Part shown: piece by piece, positions 59,461 to 64,000 of the stretch | Numbering within the stretch: the first letter of the stretch is position 1 | Layout: the number at the start of each line of letters is the position of its first letter | Source: Vitrella brassicaformis CCMP3155 | Taxonomy: Eukaryota; Protista; Chromerida | Length of the DNA: 64,000 nt | Direction: 5' to 3' | NCBI GenBank assembly: GCA_001179505.1 | Contig: CDMY01000086.1 | Span: 131,520 to 195,519 of the forward strand | Notes under the pieces: model-generated | Database searches by the model: none | Seen by the model: only the letters and a program-made list of their open reading frames with translations | What the model was told of the DNA's origin: nothing | Program-made: the position numbers and the translations under genes

Positions 59461-61311
59461 TTAGAGGCACCCCCTTCTATGCAGACGCCCTGCCCGCACG
59501 GCAATTGGCGGCACAGCTTCGAAGACGGGCATATCCATCGCCGGCTCGTCGGTGTACCACCTCTCGAGCCCATCTCTCTCGAATATGCGCAGCTCCTGCG
59601 AGACACGAGCCACAAGTGACACAGAGAACACCCACGAGTATGTCTCCCTCTCTGTCACCCACCCACCTGTTCGACGGTCGGAATCATCACGAAGGGCTCC
59701 TGTTGCCAGGGGCCCCAAGGGAAAGGAGGACGGAACCACTCCATACCAGGGAGCCCCTGCCATGACGCCCCGGGGAAGGGGGGCGGCCCCTGCAGGCTGC
59801 GCGGCTGAAGATAACCCGGAAATCGAGGGCGTCCACGTGGCTCGTACGGTGACCTGGTGACGGCCACGTATGGGTCTCCTAGCTGCTCTGCCGTCGGTTC
59901 CTTGGTCTTTTCCTTGCCCTTTTTGGGTCCGCAGATTGGGCTGCAGGGGCTGCAACGACAGCTTGTAGCAGGTTTCTCACGGGGCTCCGGCTCTGGGGAG
60001 ACGCGGGGCGGTGCGAATGGCAAGCGCATGACGGGCTCGGCTCGCCATTGGGCGTATCGTTCCGGTTCCAGGAAGGCCAGCTCGTCTTCGTTGTAGAGCT
60101 CGGCATAGATGGTGTCTGCTGTGTGTGCATACACTCGGCCGGTCGCTGGGTCGGTGTATTCGGCGAAGGGCAAAAAGGTGGGCGGGCCGGGCAGCGGCTT
60201 CTCGAGCACTGGGTCCCTGCTCCTTGTGGGGTAGTGCGCCTGCCGGCTGTACCCGAATGTGTACTCGGTCGCCGACGGATTCGTGGCAAAATTCATCGCA
60301 AAAAGCTGAGTCGCGCAACTGAAGTGAGACACAAGCGACCACCAGCCTCAGAGGCCTTACTGTCTGGTGGAGATCCCGTCCTCGTTACCTCTGCTGCTGT
60401 GTCTTCGTTGGAGGAAGGAATATCACACGATCAAAGCCATATATGCCGCCATCTTGACCGTCAGGGAATCCCAGATCTCCTTCACCACCATCGACATCAG
60501 CTGGCATCATTGCGCTGCTTCTGTCTGTCGTCTCCGATGCAAAAGCAGCAGCCCCTTCGCAGCTCTGGGCATCGATATGCTCACTCCTCGATGACAGGGG
60601 CTCAGCTACGGGGCCTGACACATTCCAGGGCGGTAAGGAAATGACGAGACAGGCGACACAAGGATGACTATGCCTTTTGCCGACCAGCTGCGCCGGGCTG
60701 CTCGTGTGCTGGTGTCCACACTGGGGGCACTCGGAGATCTGTGGACACCTAACAAGAAAGGATGGCATGCACGAGAACTTGGCGGCGTCCCAGAGTGACG
60801 TCAGATGTCTGCTCACGATATAGTCAGGTTCTGTGATCAGAAGGAGCGGGAAGAGCAAACGAATTGAGGTGATGCCTGTTCCACAATCGAATGTGGCCTA
60901 CCCGAGCGCTCAGCTTGCGGCCCAACATAGGTGTGCTTGGACGTGTACTGCACACACATCGATGTGGTGGGGTGGTATGTGGGAAGCTCCGTTCCTCGCC
61001 CATCACCCTACCTTGCTCTTCTTGGAGTCCCCCCCCGTGGCGGCAGAGGAAGACGAGCTGCAGAACTCGGGCAGGGGAACCTTGGGTGCATCAGGAGGCT
61101 CCTCCCCCACTTCATGTGGCAGACCTGCATGGGGGACAAAAGTCGCAGTGGAAAGGCTGTTGGGGCGGAGCTCTTGCAGCCTACCTCTGTCCATGCCGGG
61201 GAGGGCAATATTTGGGAGGGCCTCGGAGGGGATTGAAGGGAGAGAATTGCCCCTCGGGGCCGGAAACCGTTTCACGGAGCTCTTGGCTTGCAGACCTGCT
61301 TTTCTTGGCAT
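59461..61311 (-). CDS. Hypothetical Pro-rich protein (multi-exon)
   Basis: ATG at 61311 (MPRKAGLQAKSSVKR). Exons join in phase through EPDYIVSRHLTSLWDAAKF and QQ|SCATQLFAMNFATNP to ..ELRIFERDGLERWYTDEPAMD..RRGCL* (stop at 59461). Confidence 0.55.
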
Positions 61312-61395
61312 TTTCACGCGGCCCTGCGTTTCACGGAGCTCTTGGCTTGCAGACCTGCTTTTCTTGGCATTTTCACGACGGCAGGGCCGCGTGAA
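61268..61395. repeat. 59-bp-period tandem duplication plus 15-bp inverted repeat at a gene start
   Basis: cgtttcacggagctcttggcttgcagacctgcttttcttggcattttcacg at 61268 and 61327. ttcacgcggccctgc (61313-61327) is the reverse complement of gcagggccgcgtgaa (61381-61395). Confidence 0.9.
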
Positions 61396-61645
61396 GTGTC
61401 TGTGAGCTGCACAAAGGCCTGCGGTGATGACATCGATCAAACACCCATGCCGCCGTCATCTGTCTGTAGTGACACCCTTCGGACGGATTGAGGTGCGAGA
61501 GGGGACGCAGGAGGGTCTGATGGCATCAGCACTGATAGCCTGTGTGCTTTCTGCATGTTTGTGGCAGATTCGGTGCTTTCCGGTGTCGTTGCGCTGTTGA
61601 GCGAAAGAGGAGGACAGCACTCCATCGTAGGCATCGGAGACCATC

Positions 61646-63027
61646 ATGGGCTGCAGTGCAGCCAAGGTACGGGAAGCGAAAACAAGCCGCTCGGATGTTG
61701 ACAGATCGATGAGGCGCCACACCTATGGACTCACTCATTTGATGTCCGTGATGTGTCTGTCGCGGGTGTGCAGATGTCGGGTGCTGCTGCTGGTGAAGGA
61801 GGTGGTGGTGGTGGATCTACGGCTAGCGAGCCATCTTCGTCGGCTGCGTCTGCCGCTAACTGTAACCAACACTTTCGCTGCAGAAAGGCACCACAATGCC
61901 GGCACACCTCTGTATCTGTGTGGCGTTTTGCAGGCGCGGTCAGCGCATCGTCGGCGAACCAGCACCAGCAGCAGCAGCAGCACATTAATGCCGCTGACGT
62001 GCCGCAAGATGTCGCACCGACGGTTGCCGAGTACGTCGGGAGCTACTCACAGCTGGAGGCGCTCATCGACGCCCACCCCACACAATTCACCGCCGCCCTC
62101 CTGCTGCCCATCCTCACCGAACTGCTGCCCCTCGTGGTGGCCTCGATCTTTGGCGCTTTGGTGGAGGTGCCCATCCCTCAGCTGACCCAGAGTGTGTCCA
62201 TCATTGTGGCCATCACACGTTGGCTCTTCATCCTCGAGGGGGGCGGCAACTGGGCCAGATGGAAGCCTCACCTGGAGATGCTGTACTTGCTGAGGGGCAA
62301 TAGGCCTGTGGTGCTGGGTGACGACAACTTCGGCGTGTTTGGCAGCCGGGCGGCCTTCATCGGCGAGGCAGAGGCGGTGCGGCAGTGGAAGATACTCAGC
62401 TGGGGGGTCATTGTCAGTTTTCGAAACCAGCTACAGCTGATGAACGGCAACACCATCCTTCGCTTTCACATTTGCCCTTACACCCCCACCCTCTTTGCCA
62501 GCCCCGTCTTCCCTCACGTACCATTCGACCCCACCGACCCGCCCACTAAGCTGAGCGGCTTGACGTACCCCAACTACACATCAATGGTGGCATTCGTCTT
62601 GTTCGGCTGGCTCTATTACGACAGCGACTTCCCTTGCATCAGGTCCTGGGTGTCTTGGCGTCGTGCCTCTGCTGCACGCCGGCGTGTCGTTGCAGTGCTG
62701 GCGGCCTCTCCCAGCGATGAGGCACAGTGGGGGGCGGGGGCGGCCGTGTTCGACAAGCGGCTCCCGGACGTGGACGGGGTGGTACGACATCATCGGCTAG
62801 TGGTGCTGGGCAGTGAGGCGGTGGGAAAGGGACGCCTGGCACTTATTTGGCTGAGCGATCACAAATTTCCCTCTGATGTGTCCGTGTACACGACCGAGTG
62901 GTTCCCCCACGACAAGACGCGCAATGCCGTGATGAGAATGCTTGGGGATCAGCTGGGGGGAAAGATGTGGCGGAAGGAGGATGAGGTGAACGAGGACAGG
63001 CAAGCCACGGCCTGCACTGTGATGTGA
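61646..63027 (+). CDS. Hypothetical protein with predicted N-terminal myristoylation/palmitoylation (MGC) and C-terminal CaaX (CTVM)
   Basis: A 21-nt first exon MGCSAAK (61646-61666, gtacgg donor) is spliced in phase 0 to cag|ATG at 61774. The long ORF ends ..ATACTVM* at 63027. Confidence 0.68.
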
Positions 63028-64000
63028 TCGGGGCTTTGCCGATATGTCGATTTTCCCATGACAGAGGGATGGTTGGCGGTCAATAGGAGCGGAGACAGAC
63101 AGACAGACAGACAGGCAGCGGGTTTTTCGTCGCTGCCCGTCTGCTTGCATGGTGCCTCTGTATGCGTTCCCCTGGCTGCATGCTGCGCATGTCTCTCTGG
63201 TGAGGCATGGCGTGACGTATGTCTGTGTTGATGGAACACGTGAATGAATGCGCCCCTTCGCCAGCTGCTGCCCCTGCCCAGTCGCTGAGGCGCACGCATG
63301 GCGAGATCTCGCCGCAGGAAGAAGTGTGAGACTTGATCTGTTCCATGCACATATGTGATTAGATCAGCCTTCTGTGTTGTTGCCCCACGTGGGCAGTCAG
63401 TGAGTGAGGTTGGCTGGCCAGTTGGTTGTCTGCGAGGGGGCGGGTGCCTTGTCATGTGGCCGGATGGATGGATGGATGTGTGGACACGACAATCGCATGG
63501 ATGGATGGATGGACACCTGTGGACAGAGGGTGGTGTGGTGGTGTCATCCATCGGTCGACTGAAGCTCTGCGTGTCTTGCGATGAGAGAGCTGTGATTCAA
63601 TCCAAGAAGCTGGCAGTCTGGTCAAAGAAGCTGGCTCCTGTGTTCAGCTGGCAAACGGCAGGTTTCTGGGTGGGAATGGCACTGAGATGGTCAAGCAACA
63701 TGTGCTGAGGAAGAATCGGTCATTTGCAATGGAAAAGCTAAGAGTGGATTCGCTGCCTTTGTGCGGATCAGGGATATGCAATGTGTACAGCCGCTGGACT
63801 CGGATAACTTGAAGGCGTGTGCAAGTGTGGGCGTGTTCAGTGTGACTCATGAGCTGGTTGCAGAGATGCACGCATTTCATTCTCGCCCATGGACGAGCAG
63901 ATACGAGCAGTCTTCTTTCCCATCCTACTTCTGTCTCTATGCGATCGCCACGCCACACACAACCAGCCCTCATTCTCGATAAAAGAAGGTACGCAAAAAC

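Noticed and set aside
1-64000. tRNA, rRNA, transposase/LTR or prophage elements
   Set aside because: No recognisable cloverleaf, rRNA conserved blocks, RT/integrase/transposase motifs or terminal repeats by eye. A dedicated scan was not possible.

Overview
This is intron-rich eukaryotic nuclear DNA with GT-AG introns full of (CA)n, (CAGA)n, (CATC)n and (CAGG)n microsatellites, and a 300-N scaffold gap at 27459-27758. The intron style, the Plasmodium-type TT(T/C)AGGG-like repeats and a gene with a signal peptide plus plastid transit peptide suggest a plastid-bearing alveolate, probably a chromerid such as Vitrella (inference only). About 19 tightly packed protein genes were assembled by hand from exons, so gene boundaries are approximate. 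Left half: a 3'-partial UBE2Q-like E2 with a probable second E2 module, a TPS/TPP-like protein, an ABCC transporter, a multi-pass membrane-TPR protein, an ACT-repeat protein and an IQ protein. Right half: TM9SF, a kinase/USP chimera, a VOC/glyoxalase, a small secreted Cys-rich peptide, SNF5, an SLC43/ApiAT-like transporter, PEX19, a plastid-targeted sigma-70-like factor and several hypothetical proteins. The most notable findings are: (1) a highly divergent nucleus-encoded sigma-70 factor with bipartite plastid targeting; (2) an in-frame half-kinase/half-USP fusion missing catalytic parts of both; (3) a cryptic prepro-type Cys-rich secreted peptide missed by the ORF track; (4) a TPS/TPP with both active sites degenerate; (5) a head-to-head telomere-like array just upstream of a uORF-bearing transporter; (6) an ~8.5 kb microsatellite-poor domain that starts and ends inside genes. 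No rRNA, tRNA, CRISPR array or transposase was recognised.
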